A stretch of 32,000 bases of DNA from Nanobdellota archaeon (GCA_042850255.1 AP031373.1:741327-773326); one strand, 5' to 3'. Numbered from the stretch's first letter, positions 1-9,381 are shown. Notes: a model not told the origin generated them from the letters alone. Program-made: numbers and translations.

Positions 1-296
1 GGCTCTTCATCCTTATAATAAATAGACCTTTTAACTCTAGTTAAGAATATTAAAGAATTTTTTATATATTTTCTATTGTCCTTTTTCCCTCCACATATTT
101 TTTCGTAATAATCATTCGGAATTTCTCTAAATACTTCATTTTTAAATCTTTCTTGTATATTTTTTATTTTTTCCATATCAGGAATATAATTAATTTTTTC
201 TAAATTTGGAAAAAATGTTTTATCTATATATTCTATATAACTATCTATTAAATTATCTAACCTGTCTTGTATTTCCCAAAATATACTTTTACTCAT
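1..296 (-). CDS. hypothetical protein, N-terminal part only (ORF runs off the left edge of the window)
   Basis: ATG at 296 on the minus strand is followed by 98 sense codons with no stop down to position 1 (MSKSIFWEIQDRLDNLIDSYIEYIDKTFFPNLEKINYIPDMEK...). It is absent from the ORF track because no stop lies in the window. No family recognised. Confidence 0.4.
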   Translation of the reverse strand, partial: MSKSIFWEIQDRLDNLIDSYIEYIDKTFFPNLEKINYIPDMEKIKNIQERFKNEVFREIPNDYYEKICGGKKDNRKYIKNSLIFLTRVKRSIYYKDEE

Positions 297-319
297 AATA
301 ATAAAAATAACTAAAAAAT

Positions 320-1057
320 TTATATATAATGATTATTTATTTTATCCCAATCTTCTTTATCTAATCTCCACCCCATAGCACCAGAATTTTCTTCAACATG
401 CTTTATATTTCCAGCCTTTGGTATTGGTATTACATTATCTATACAAATATACCAATTTAATGCAACCTGTATTGGAGTTTTGTTATATTTTTTACCTATT
501 TCTTCCAAAAATTTATCATTTGCGAATTTTCCATGCTCTAGAGGAGTATAAGGTAAAAATAACATTCCTTCTCTTTTTGCATATTCTAATACATCTTGAT
601 TTTTTCTATCTATTAAACTATATTTATTTTCAACTGCTACAATATCATATTTACTTAAATAATTTCTAGCTTCTTCTATACTATTTACATCAAAATTACT
701 TAATCCAAAATATCCTATTACTCCATCATCTACTAATTTTTCAAAAGCTTTCATTGTTTCTGATAAAGGATAATTAGAAGGCCAATGCAATAAATATAAA
801 TCAATATATGTTCCTAATCTTTTCATACTATTTTTTGCAGATTTTATTACATCTTCGTATTTTGCATGTTCTGGTAAAACTTTTGTTATAATAAATAAAT
901 CTTCTCTATTAAAATCTTTTATTGCTTCTCCAACTAATTCTTCAGTGTGTCCATTACCATAAGCTTCTGCAGTATCTATAACTGTCATACCTAATTCGAT
1001 TCCTCTTCTTATTGCTTCTATTCCTTCTTTATCTTTACTATAATCTGATGTTAACAT
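320..1057 (-). CDS. aldo/keto reductase (main body; the N-terminal beta-strand is encoded out of frame upstream)
   Basis: AKR motifs are present: VIDTAEAYGNGHTEELVGEAI, ITKV, LYLLHWP, GYFGLSNF. The catalytic tetrad Asp/Tyr (DTAEAY), Lys (ITKV) and His (LHWP) is intact. Confidence 0.85.
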   Translation of the reverse strand: MLTSDYSKDKEGIEAIRRGIELGMTVIDTAEAYGNGHTEELVGEAIKDFNREDLFIITKVLPEHAKYEDVIKSAKNSMKRLGTYIDLYLLHWPSNYPLSETMKAFEKLVDDGVIGYFGLSNFDVNSIEEARNYLSKYDIVAVENKYSLIDRKNQDVLEYAKREGMLFLPYTPLEHGKFANDKFLEEIGKKYNKTPIQVALNWYICIDNVIPIPKAGNIKHVEENSGAMGWRLDKEDWDKINNHYI

Positions 1058-1134
1058 CCCCCACCTATTCCGTAAGTCCCAATACCTAAAACTGATAATT
1101 CCCCTATTAATTTTATTTTTTTCTTATCTTTCAT
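1051..1134 (-). pseudogene. frameshift-separated N-terminal fragment of the aldo/keto reductase (27 codons)
   Basis: ATG at 1134 gives MKDKKKIKLIGELSVLGIGTYGIGGGC*. The LGIGTYGIGG segment is the canonical AKR N-terminus. The frame breaks at the run of 5 C (G5 on the coding strand) at 1058-1062, directly abutting ATG 1057 of the main ORF. Confidence 0.6.
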
Positions 1135-1187
1135 ATTTATTATTTGATAAAATATACTTATAAGAAATAAAATTTTCTTTAATTATT

Positions 1188-1625
1188 ATGGATGCAACAG
1201 GTATTTTGGATTTAAGAAAAAGTATATTAATTTATATTATTGCATTGATATTTATATTTTTAGATTTTTTATTATTATTTGGATTAGGAAAATATTTGCC
1301 AATATTAGCAATTATAGGAATTTTTTCTATACCAATATATTTAATACTCTCTTTATTATCTATAATTTTTATAGTAAATGGATTTAATAAAATAGGAGAT
1401 AGATTTGATAAAGCAAGATTAGGAAAAATAGGATCGTATTTAGCTCCAATTTTAGTAGGTTATATATTTCTAGGTCTATCGTTTTTATCTTTAGGAAATG
1501 CAATAAAAAATTATAAAGTAAAAATTGGAGGTATAATATTTATATTTCCACCCATTGGATTTATAGGAGCTATATTAATATATTTAGGATTAACTGAAGT
1601 TGCGAGACAAATAAAATTAATATAA
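1188..1625 (+). CDS. small polytopic membrane protein, paralog A of a tandem pair
   Basis: Four or more hydrophobic segments. It shares blocks with the next ORF: G(I/L)L(D/E)LR, LIY, NGF(N/D)KI, GKIGS, ILVG(Y/F)I, SLG, KIGGI, IF-P-IG. Confidence 0.6.
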   Translation: MDATGILDLRKSILIYIIALIFIFLDFLLLFGLGKYLPILAIIGIFSIPIYLILSLLSIIFIVNGFNKIGDRFDKARLGKIGSYLAPILVGYIFLGLSFLSLGNAIKNYKVKIGGIIFIFPPIGFIGAILIYLGLTEVARQIKLI

Positions 1626-1647
1626 ATCTTTTATATATCTAGTTTGT

Positions 1648-2043
1648 ATGAATAAAGAAGGATTATTAGAATTAAGAATAGGATCTCTTATTTATACTTT
1701 TGGAACAATATTTATATATTTAGGAATCTTCTTTGGAATATTTAAAGGATTATTAATAATAATAGGAACATTAATAAATATATTTGGAACAATTCATACT
1801 TGGAACGGATTTGATAAGATAATGAATGAATTTAAAGATTATGATATAGGAAAAATAGGATCTGTTTTAACATTAATTTTAGTAGGTTTTATAATATTGG
1901 GAATTGTTTATTATAGTTTAGGAAAAAAATTAAATAATGATAATATAAAAATTGGAGGTATTCTAACTATATTTTTCCCATTTATAGGACAATTAATCAT
2001 ACATTTAGAACTAAATAGTATTCTAAATAAATTAATAAATTAA
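1648..2043 (+). CDS. small polytopic membrane protein, paralog B of a tandem pair
   Basis: Collinear similarity to 1188..1625 (see that entry). It lies 22 nt downstream on the same strand. Confidence 0.6.
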   Translation: MNKEGLLELRIGSLIYTFGTIFIYLGIFFGIFKGLLIIIGTLINIFGTIHTWNGFDKIMNEFKDYDIGKIGSVLTLILVGFIILGIVYYSLGKKLNNDNIKIGGILTIFFPFIGQLIIHLELNSILNKLIN

Positions 2044-2061
2044 AAAAATTATATTAATAAA

Positions 2062-2643
2062 ATGTTAGTTGAAGGATTTGAATTATTAGATAAATACGGT
2101 ATAAAGGTTCCAGAATATTGGATAAATGAAATACCAATACATGCAAAATTTCCATTAGTTATAAAAGCTGATTTAAATCATAAAACAGATGCAGGAGCAA
2201 TAAAGTTAAATATAACGAACTATTCAGAATTAAAGTATTACTTTAACTTGTTTAAAGAAAAATTTAAAACAAATGTAATAATACAGGAACAAATAGTTGG
2301 AGATTTTACAGAGATTATTGTAGGAATAAAAAATGATATAACATTTGGAGATATATGTTTGGTGGGAATTGGAGGTATCTATACAGAATTATTAAAAGAT
2401 TTCATTATATTAGCATTACCATTTGATTTAGATATATTAGAAAAAAGGATTAAAGAATTAAGGTTATATAAAATATTGGAAGGCTATAGAAATAAACCAA
2501 AGGTAGATATAGGATTAATATATGAAAATATATTAAAATTATATGAATTATATAAAAAAGAAAATCTTAAAGAAATAGAGATAAATCCTTTATTAGTGAA
2601 TGATAAAGAGGCCTTTGCTATAGATGTTAGATTTTTAAGATAA
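2062..2643 (+). CDS. acdB: acetyl-CoA synthetase (ADP-forming) beta subunit / ATP-grasp acetate--CoA ligase subunit
   Basis: Collinear with archaeal AcdB: LLDKYGIKVPEY, PLVIKADLNHKTDAGAIKLNI (HK-DAGG phosphohistidine segment), VGIKNDITFGDICLVGIGGIYTELLKD, LEGYRNKPKVD, EIEINPLLV...AFAIDVRF. Confidence 0.85.
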   Translation: MLVEGFELLDKYGIKVPEYWINEIPIHAKFPLVIKADLNHKTDAGAIKLNITNYSELKYYFNLFKEKFKTNVIIQEQIVGDFTEIIVGIKNDITFGDICLVGIGGIYTELLKDFIILALPFDLDILEKRIKELRLYKILEGYRNKPKVDIGLIYENILKLYELYKKENLKEIEINPLLVNDKEAFAIDVRFLR

Positions 2644-3525
2644 GTTTATTTTATCCTTATTTTCCAATACTTGAATAAAATTTTCCTCAAATTTAATTAA
2701 ATTATCTATAATATTATATATTTTATTATACATCTTTACAATTCCTAAATCTTTTGTATAATTACTTGGGGAGAAATCCAAATTATTATCATATTCCTTT
2801 GAAGATCTTTCGTGCAACATCAATATACCAGATAATATAAATACGTTACCAAAAACATTTAAATTATCTTTATTTTTTTCTATTTCTCTTTTTACTAATG
2901 ATTTAAACATTCCAGTATTTATCATACTTTTGTACTGTCCTCCTAATTTACTAAATAAATTCATAGCCAAATTAATATAACTTTCTAAAACTTCATCAGA
3001 TAATTGATATTGATTTATCTTTTCATTTATTTCAAATAGTTTATTTAAATCTTCTTCACTATATCTTACTATATTTTTTCTCTCATTTTTATCCTTTATC
3101 TTATCTAAAAACTTCTTTAACTCCTCTTTATAATTATCCCAATCTTCTTTAAATTTTTTCTTATTTTCATCATTTAATAACAATTCATAAAATTTTGCAT
3201 TTTGCTCTATTAATTTTTTCATTTTATCAAACATCTTATTTTTATTTAAAAATTCTTCAAAAGAATTATAATTTTTATCTTTTACATCTTTTAACTTTAA
3301 TAAAGAAAATAGTATAGATAAAGATTTTATTGATGAATATAAGGATTGTTCTAAAAAATATATTGCTACATTATAATTACCTTTATTATAAGAATCTTTT
3401 GAATTATCCAAATTCTTCTTAGATTCTTCTATTAAATTTTTTGAATACTCTATATTCTCCTTTGGTATATCCTTAAACTGAGATAGACCAGTTAAGGATT
3501 TTGCAAGATCAAATATTCCAACCAT
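2635..3525 (-). CDS. Lys/Glu/Asn-rich helical protein, possibly a HEPN-like fold with a long coiled-coil insert
   Basis: N-terminal segment SKKNLDNSKDSYNKGNYNVAIYFLEQSLYSSIKSL and C-terminal segment LMLHERSSKEYDNNLDFSPSNYTKD resemble the first and last helices of small archaeal HEPN proteins. The middle is KE-rich heptad-like sequence. The functional call is weak. Confidence 0.4.
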   Translation of the reverse strand: MVGIFDLAKSLTGLSQFKDIPKENIEYSKNLIEESKKNLDNSKDSYNKGNYNVAIYFLEQSLYSSIKSLSILFSLLKLKDVKDKNYNSFEEFLNKNKMFDKMKKLIEQNAKFYELLLNDENKKKFKEDWDNYKEELKKFLDKIKDKNERKNIVRYSEEDLNKLFEINEKINQYQLSDEVLESYINLAMNLFSKLGGQYKSMINTGMFKSLVKREIEKNKDNLNVFGNVFILSGILMLHERSSKEYDNNLDFSPSNYTKDLGIVKMYNKIYNIIDNLIKFEENFIQVLENKDKINLS

Positions 3526-3540
3526 TATTTTATATATAAA

Positions 3541-4740
3541 TTAACCTTTAAGAATATCAACCAATATATTCAGATCACTTATTAAATCATTCAAATTAAT
3601 ATACTCATTTGGCATGTGAGCACTATCATTATATGTACTCCAAACTATTGCATTAAGGTTTTTTTCTCTTAAATATTTTGCATAAGTTCCACCACCAATA
3701 CCAACTATTTTTGGTTCTTTTCCCTTATATTTTTTGATTAATTCTTTCAGTTTTTCTAAAAATTCATTATTTTCAATATTCAAATATGAGGGATAATCTT
3801 TCATTACTATATCAACTTCTACTTTACAATTATAATTTCTTTCAAATTCTTTACAAATATATAATATAGTTTCATATACTTCATCTAAATTATAATCTGG
3901 TAATATTCTACAATCATAATAAAATACAAACTCCCCAGGAATTGTGTTTACATTATCTATATTCTTTTCTACCTTAGTTGGTTCAAAAGTTGATTTATTT
4001 GGATTAAATAAATTATTTTCTTTATTATATTTTTCATGTAATGCATCATATAATTGTAGTATTAATAAAGATCCTAACTTTGTTGCATTTAATCCCAAAT
4101 CTGGAGTACTTGCATGAGCTTGTTTTCCTATAACTTTAAATTTTAACCATAGTATACCTTTTTCTGCTATTTCAATTTCATTACCTTCAGAATTTCCAGC
4201 ATCAGGTACTAATATCCAATCTTCCTTTTTAAATAAATCAGGATATTTTTCTATAATATATTTTATTCCATAATTACTCCCAGTTTCTTCATCTGCTGCT
4301 AATATTAATCCATAATTATATTCTGGAATAATATTATTATCCTTAAAATATTTAGCTAAGGTTATTCCCAATACTATTGCATTTCCATTATCTTGAACCC
4401 CTCTTCCATATAAGATATCACCTTCAACTGTTAAATTAAATGGATCATATTTCCAAAGATCAATATTACCTTCGGGTACAGTATCTATATGCGCAATTAT
4501 CCAAAATGTTTTATTTTTGTTTTTTCCATATTTTAAACAAATTATATTTGGTCTAGAACCCACTCTATTATCGGGAACTTCTATAAATTTTACTTCATCA
4601 AACAAATCTTTAACAATATTATATAAAACTTTTGCTCTTTCATATTCACCTTTTCCACCAGAATCTGGAGATATAGATTTTATCGGAATAAAACTCTTAT
4701 ATAAATCTATTATATACTTTTTATATTCTTCTAAATTCAT
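3541..4740 (-). CDS. M20 family metallohydrolase (ArgE/DapE/ACY1-type)
   Basis: AHIDTVPEG, RGVQDNGNA, LILAADEETGSNYG and AHASTP are the characteristic M20 metal-ligand and catalytic blocks. Confidence 0.85.
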   Translation of the reverse strand: MNLEEYKKYIIDLYKSFIPIKSISPDSGGKGEYERAKVLYNIVKDLFDEVKFIEVPDNRVGSRPNIICLKYGKNKNKTFWIIAHIDTVPEGNIDLWKYDPFNLTVEGDILYGRGVQDNGNAIVLGITLAKYFKDNNIIPEYNYGLILAADEETGSNYGIKYIIEKYPDLFKKEDWILVPDAGNSEGNEIEIAEKGILWLKFKVIGKQAHASTPDLGLNATKLGSLLILQLYDALHEKYNKENNLFNPNKSTFEPTKVEKNIDNVNTIPGEFVFYYDCRILPDYNLDEVYETILYICKEFERNYNCKVEVDIVMKDYPSYLNIENNEFLEKLKELIKKYKGKEPKIVGIGGGTYAKYLREKNLNAIVWSTYNDSAHMPNEYINLNDLISDLNILVDILKG

Positions 4741-4764
4741 AAATGATTAGTATAAATAAAATTT

Positions 4765-5343
4765 ATGAGCGTTTTGGTTGGAGATGATGCAAAAAATTTT
4801 GTTGAGGAATATGTAAAAATAAATCCAGCAGGAATAGATATAAAACCTAAGAAAATATATAAAATACCAATAAAGAAAATAAAATATATATTAATAGATG
4901 GAAATAAAAGAGGATATTTTTTTAATTTAGATATAGAAAATTATGATGAATTATTAGAAATAACTATTGATGAAAACAAAAGGAAAAAATTATTAGAAGA
5001 TTCATTTAAAAGTATACCAGAAGCTTTTATTGAAATAAAACCAAAGAATAATTATTGGATATTAGATAAAGGTTTATATTATGTAGTATTTCCAAAAGTA
5101 AAAATACCAAAAGATTGTATTGCAGTATCATTTCCAAGAAGTACTTTTAATAGATTGGGAATATTAAAATTCGAATCTGCATTATTTGATCCTGGATATG
5201 AGGGAGAATTTACACAAACATATTATTTCCCAATAAAAGCAAAAATAAATATAAATGAAGCTTGGATACAATTAGTATTCTTTAGATTAGAAAAAGAAGC
5301 AAAAGAAGAATATAAAGGATTTTGGAATAAAGAAAAATATTAA
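4765..5343 (+). CDS. dut: dUTP diphosphatase, archaeal MJ1102-type (dUTPase/dCTP deaminase superfamily)
   Basis: PAGIDIKPKKIYKI, FPRSTFNRLGIL (R-S-x-x-x-R-x-G motif), LFDPGYEGE, AWIQLVFF. The protein is longer than the roughly 155-aa archaeal Dut I remember, which implies an internal insertion. Confidence 0.7.
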   Translation: MSVLVGDDAKNFVEEYVKINPAGIDIKPKKIYKIPIKKIKYILIDGNKRGYFFNLDIENYDELLEITIDENKRKKLLEDSFKSIPEAFIEIKPKNNYWILDKGLYYVVFPKVKIPKDCIAVSFPRSTFNRLGILKFESALFDPGYEGEFTQTYYFPIKAKININEAWIQLVFFRLEKEAKEEYKGFWNKEKY

Positions 5344-6182
5344 TCTTTTTTCTTAAATAAATTAAATATTTCTGGTGGTACTACTACTATTTTTTCATTT
5401 TGAGTATTTCTCAATATATCTAAGAATCTTAATGTAATACCATATTTAGCTTCCTCCAATATTTCTGCAGCTTTCTTAAAGTTCTCTGCAGCTTGTAATT
5501 CTCCTTGAGATTCAATTACTTTTGCTTGTGCATATCCCTGAGCTCTCAATATTTCTGCATCCCTTTGTCTTTCAGCAATTGCTCTTTGTGTTAATGCAGA
5601 TAAAATTTCTTGAGGTATTATTATATCCTGTATTTTTATAGCTTCAACAATTATTCCCCATTCTTTAGTTTCTTCCTGAATTATATTTTTTAATTCATCG
5701 CTTAGTTCTTCTCTCTTCTGTAATATATCATTTAAATTATATTTTCCGAATATATCTCTTAAATTAGTTTGAGCATAATTTAATATCATTCTAGGCAAAT
5801 CTTTTACATTCATTACTACCTTTCCAGGATCTGAAACTCTATAAAATACTGTACTTTTTACTGTAACATTAACATTATCTGCAGTTAATAATACTTGTTC
5901 TGGCAAATCAAAATTTATTAATCTCATATCTATCTTTATCATCTTTTGAAAACCTGGAACTATATATATTAAACCACCAGATAATACTCCCGAATAATAT
6001 CCTAAAGTAAATATTACTGCTTTTTCATAATTATATATTATTCTTATTCCTAATAGTGCATATATTAATAATAAAATACCAAAAATTATTCCAATTATTT
6101 TTCCAAATACCATCAATAGTATTGATATCAATAATAGTATAAAAAATATAGACCATTGTCTCATATTACTATATTCAGCCAT
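5340..6182 (-). CDS. SPFH/Band 7 (stomatin/prohibitin-like) membrane protein
   Basis: N-terminal TM helices are followed by YEKAVIFTLG..., LTADNVNVTVKSTVFYRVSDP, and a coiled-coil tail AERQRDAEILRAQGYAQA. Confidence 0.85.
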   Translation of the reverse strand: MAEYSNMRQWSIFFILLLISILLMVFGKIIGIIFGILLLIYALLGIRIIYNYEKAVIFTLGYYSGVLSGGLIYIVPGFQKMIKIDMRLINFDLPEQVLLTADNVNVTVKSTVFYRVSDPGKVVMNVKDLPRMILNYAQTNLRDIFGKYNLNDILQKREELSDELKNIIQEETKEWGIIVEAIKIQDIIIPQEILSALTQRAIAERQRDAEILRAQGYAQAKVIESQGELQAAENFKKAAEILEEAKYGITLRFLDILRNTQNEKIVVVPPEIFNLFKKKD

Positions 6183-6238
6183 AAAGATATATTAAACGAA
6201 TATTTTTTATTTATAAGAAAATACTGTATAAATATTTA

Positions 6239-6496
6239 ATGGAAAAGAAAGGTAAAGTAGAAGAAAAAATAAATGAAATATATGAATTAATAAAACCATA
6301 TTTAACTAGAGAAGCTTTAGATAGATTAACAAATATAAAAATAGTATATCCAGATAAATTTGTACAAGCAGTATTAATAATATATCAAAATATACAAACT
6401 GGAAGAATTAAAAAAGTAGATGAAGAAATATTAAAAACAATATTAGAAAGAATAAGTGAAAAAAGAGAAACCAAAATAAAATTTATACATAGATAA
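6239..6496 (+). CDS. PDCD5/TFAR19-like dsDNA-binding protein (MTH1615 family), short form
   Basis: LTREALDRLTNIKIVYPDKFVQAVLIIYQNIQTGRIKKVDEEILKTILERI matches the family pattern L-t-x-e-A-x-x-R-L...P...G-x-I...I-x-e..L..IL..I. Confidence 0.6.
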   Translation: MEKKGKVEEKINEIYELIKPYLTREALDRLTNIKIVYPDKFVQAVLIIYQNIQTGRIKKVDEEILKTILERISEKRETKIKFIHR

Positions 6497-6497
6497 A

Positions 6498-7616
6498 TTA
6501 ACTTAACATTCTTTCTGGATGTGATATTTTTTCTGGTAAATATTTATCAGATACAAATTCTAAAGACCATGCTGCTAAAGCATCTTGTTCCACTTTTATT
6601 TTTAAATCTATCATCTTTTTAAATTGTCTTTGCCAATCCCTAGATTTCTTAAACCATGGATAATTCATTAATTCCCTTAATCTTTTTAGATCTATTTCTT
6701 TTAATTTCATTACAGCACCTTTTTTCAATAATCCATAATCTTCTACATCATCCATTGTCATACCAATATACCTAGCATCAGGAGTTGCCAATAGTTCAGA
6801 AAATTGGGATAATTTCATAGATCCTCTCTTAATTACTGAATAAATATAATATCCCCATGGATCCCCATCTGTAAATACATAAACAGGTAAATTTTTTTCA
6901 TACCTTAACCTATGTATTAATCTTCTAACCCCTCTTGGTGGTTGACCTTTTCCAGTTATTAATATTGCCTTATTTTTTTCAGGAAATCTTTCTTCAATTA
7001 ACCTATCAAACATTGCTTCCTTTTCTACTACTAAAACATAATCAGCATTAACTTCATATATATCTATATCTTCTATAGTAGACGGAACACTCCATCCTCC
7101 TCTACCAAGTTTAGAACAATTCCATTCATCTCCTCTTTTTTTATCCCTTAAAGTTATATCTCCATATATTGCCCCTCTACCTTCTGCTTTAATATGGAAC
7201 TGTTCCCTTATTGCTTTTAAAGCTCTTTCTAAATCTTCTATTACAGCATCAGATTCTTCCTGTTCTTCAAATGTATTTACTTCTATTATTGGTACTGTAT
7301 GCTTTAACTGATAAAATACTTCTCTTAAACTTGCAGTTTTATCATTTTCTACCAATCTTTTTGCTAAACCTGCAACTAATATTGTTTGAGCAAATTTTCT
7401 TACATGACCTAAATTAAAGAATTCTCTTCTACCAATTTTCTCTTTTAACATTATTATATCCCTTTTTTCGTCATATTCTATATTTTTTATATTACCCCTA
7501 ACAGCAAATTCTATAGTCGGATTCCCATTTTCAAATTCTTTAATAATTTTATCAGCAAGATCTTTTATTCTTCTTAGAATTTCTTCTTTAGACATTTTTT
7601 CTACATATTGAGCCAT
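6498..7616 (-). CDS. top6A: DNA topoisomerase VI subunit A (Spo11 homolog)
   Basis: LVVEKEAMF, ILITGKGQPPRGVRRL, VFTDGDPWGYYIYSV (Toprim DxD). It lies immediately downstream of top6B. Confidence 0.95.
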   Translation of the reverse strand: MAQYVEKMSKEEILRRIKDLADKIIKEFENGNPTIEFAVRGNIKNIEYDEKRDIIMLKEKIGRREFFNLGHVRKFAQTILVAGLAKRLVENDKTASLREVFYQLKHTVPIIEVNTFEEQEESDAVIEDLERALKAIREQFHIKAEGRGAIYGDITLRDKKRGDEWNCSKLGRGGWSVPSTIEDIDIYEVNADYVLVVEKEAMFDRLIEERFPEKNKAILITGKGQPPRGVRRLIHRLRYEKNLPVYVFTDGDPWGYYIYSVIKRGSMKLSQFSELLATPDARYIGMTMDDVEDYGLLKKGAVMKLKEIDLKRLRELMNYPWFKKSRDWQRQFKKMIDLKIKVEQDALAAWSLEFVSDKYLPEKISHPERMLS

Positions 7617-7638
7617 CTTTATTATATATTATTTAATT

Positions 7639-9381
7639 TTATATATTTTCTAAGTGCAATTTCTTTTCCTTTACCTCTTTTATTACATTATTTATCATAT
7701 CTAACAATTCTTTTTCAGATAATAGATTTATTTTAACAGCATCTTGTAACATATTTTTTACTAAATTAGCAGCTTGATTATCTTTTCCTTCTCTTAATAA
7801 TACTTTAATTTCTCTTACAGATCTTAAAATCTCATATATATCATTTATCAATTCTTTTTTTATTCTTTCCTTTATTCTTTCTCTTATTTCATCTTCTTTT
7901 ATGTTAGTTATTTCATATAAACTATTTACTATTTCTAATCCGTATCCATATAAGTTTTTATATTTTTCTCCAATAGTTTCCAATGCTTTTTTCTTCTTAA
8001 TATATATTGATAATTCCCTTAAAGCATTTTTTATTCCTAATTCTACTTCTTTTATTATTTCATCATAAGGTGCTATTGCTTCTTTAGATTCTGAAGTAAA
8101 TGGTAACCATACAGAAGCTACATGAACTAATATTGCCATAGGATCCTTTGGAAATTCTCCCTCTACATTAAATCCATAATGTCTCCAGTTTATATTTTTT
8201 ATAGCATGCGTTATCGCATCTTCCCCTGCTTTATATAATAATGGTACTCTATTTGCAAATCTATAATATTCAAATTCTTGTATATTTCCACCATAAGCAA
8301 TACCAACTTCTACTATAAATGGTATTCCTCTATATAATGCAGGTCTTCTAGTAATAGCAGACATATATTCAGGTTTAAATATATTTTCTATACTTTTTAA
8401 TATTAATTCTCTTCCAAGAGTAGTAATATATTTAGAAGGCATAGCTCTTAACTTTGTTTCCTGTAATATCTTGTATATGTTCTCCATTTCTTCATCAGTT
8501 AATTTTTTTGGATCCTTTTCAGGATCTACCTTAGCTTTTTTCAATACTTTTAAAGCAGTTTCTCTACTTATAGAAGAAAATGTTTTAACCAAAAAATCTA
8601 AGACAGTTTTTTTATTAGTTTCTCTACATAATCTTTCAAAATATCCTATCTCTATCCCATGTGGGTGTGGTCTGGCTTCTTTTAATTCTGGTAATTGATC
8701 TGTTATTCTTTTATAAACAAATTTTTCTCCTTCAGGATTCTTATATGTTATATTAGCATGAGGATTTATTAAAGCAGTTAATTTTATATATTCATCTACA
8801 GATTGTTTACCTTTTATATATTGTCCTATTATTCTAGCTTTAACAATAGTTCCACTTTCTTTTTTACTTTCTATTTCCTTTTTTTCTACTATTATTGGAC
8901 TGTTATTTTTTATATCTATCTTTATTTTATATTTTATTGCATAATCTTTACTTTTTAATTTTGTAATAACCTCTACAGGTTCTCTAGTAGTTAATTGGGC
9001 ATATAATGTTACAGCAGAGGCTCCTATACCTTGTTTACCTCTAGTTGATACAAATCTATGAAATTTAGATCCAAATAAAAAACTTCCATATATTTCTGGT
9101 ACTTTATCATATGGTATTCCAGGACCATTATCTTCAACAGATACCTCATAAATATCTTCCTCCTTTTCTTCAATATTTACCTTAATATCAGGTAATATTT
9201 TATATTCTTCACAAGCATCTAGAGCATTATCAACATATTCTTTTATGGATATAAGTAAAGCTTTCCTAGGACTATCAAAACCCAAGAGATGTCTATTTCT
9301 TTCAAAGAATTCTGCTATAGAAACTCTTTTAAAATTTTTATACAATTGTAATTCTTCTTCAATATTTTCTTTCTCCTTCAT
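7639..9381 (-). CDS. top6B: DNA topoisomerase VI subunit B (GHKL ATPase)
   Basis: Bergerat-fold motifs EYVDNALDA, VEDNGPGIP, GKQGIGAS, plus transducer-region similarity. Forms an operon with top6A. Confidence 0.95.
   Translation of the reverse strand: MKEKENIEEELQLYKNFKRVSIAEFFERNRHLLGFDSPRKALLISIKEYVDNALDACEEYKILPDIKVNIEEKEEDIYEVSVEDNGPGIPYDKVPEIYGSFLFGSKFHRFVSTRGKQGIGASAVTLYAQLTTREPVEVITKLKSKDYAIKYKIKIDIKNNSPIIVEKKEIESKKESGTIVKARIIGQYIKGKQSVDEYIKLTALINPHANITYKNPEGEKFVYKRITDQLPELKEARPHPHGIEIGYFERLCRETNKKTVLDFLVKTFSSISRETALKVLKKAKVDPEKDPKKLTDEEMENIYKILQETKLRAMPSKYITTLGRELILKSIENIFKPEYMSAITRRPALYRGIPFIVEVGIAYGGNIQEFEYYRFANRVPLLYKAGEDAITHAIKNINWRHYGFNVEGEFPKDPMAILVHVASVWLPFTSESKEAIAPYDEIIKEVELGIKNALRELSIYIKKKKALETIGEKYKNLYGYGLEIVNSLYEITNIKEDEIRERIKERIKKELINDIYEILRSVREIKVLLREGKDNQAANLVKNMLQDAVKINLLSEKELLDMINNVIKEVKEKKLHLENI

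Noticed and set aside
5340-6182. Stomatin/NfeD two-gene module.
   Set aside because: The SPFH gene is present, but neither neighbour is an NfeD-type protease or membrane partner (dut is convergent, the PDCD5-like gene divergent). No module can be claimed from this window.
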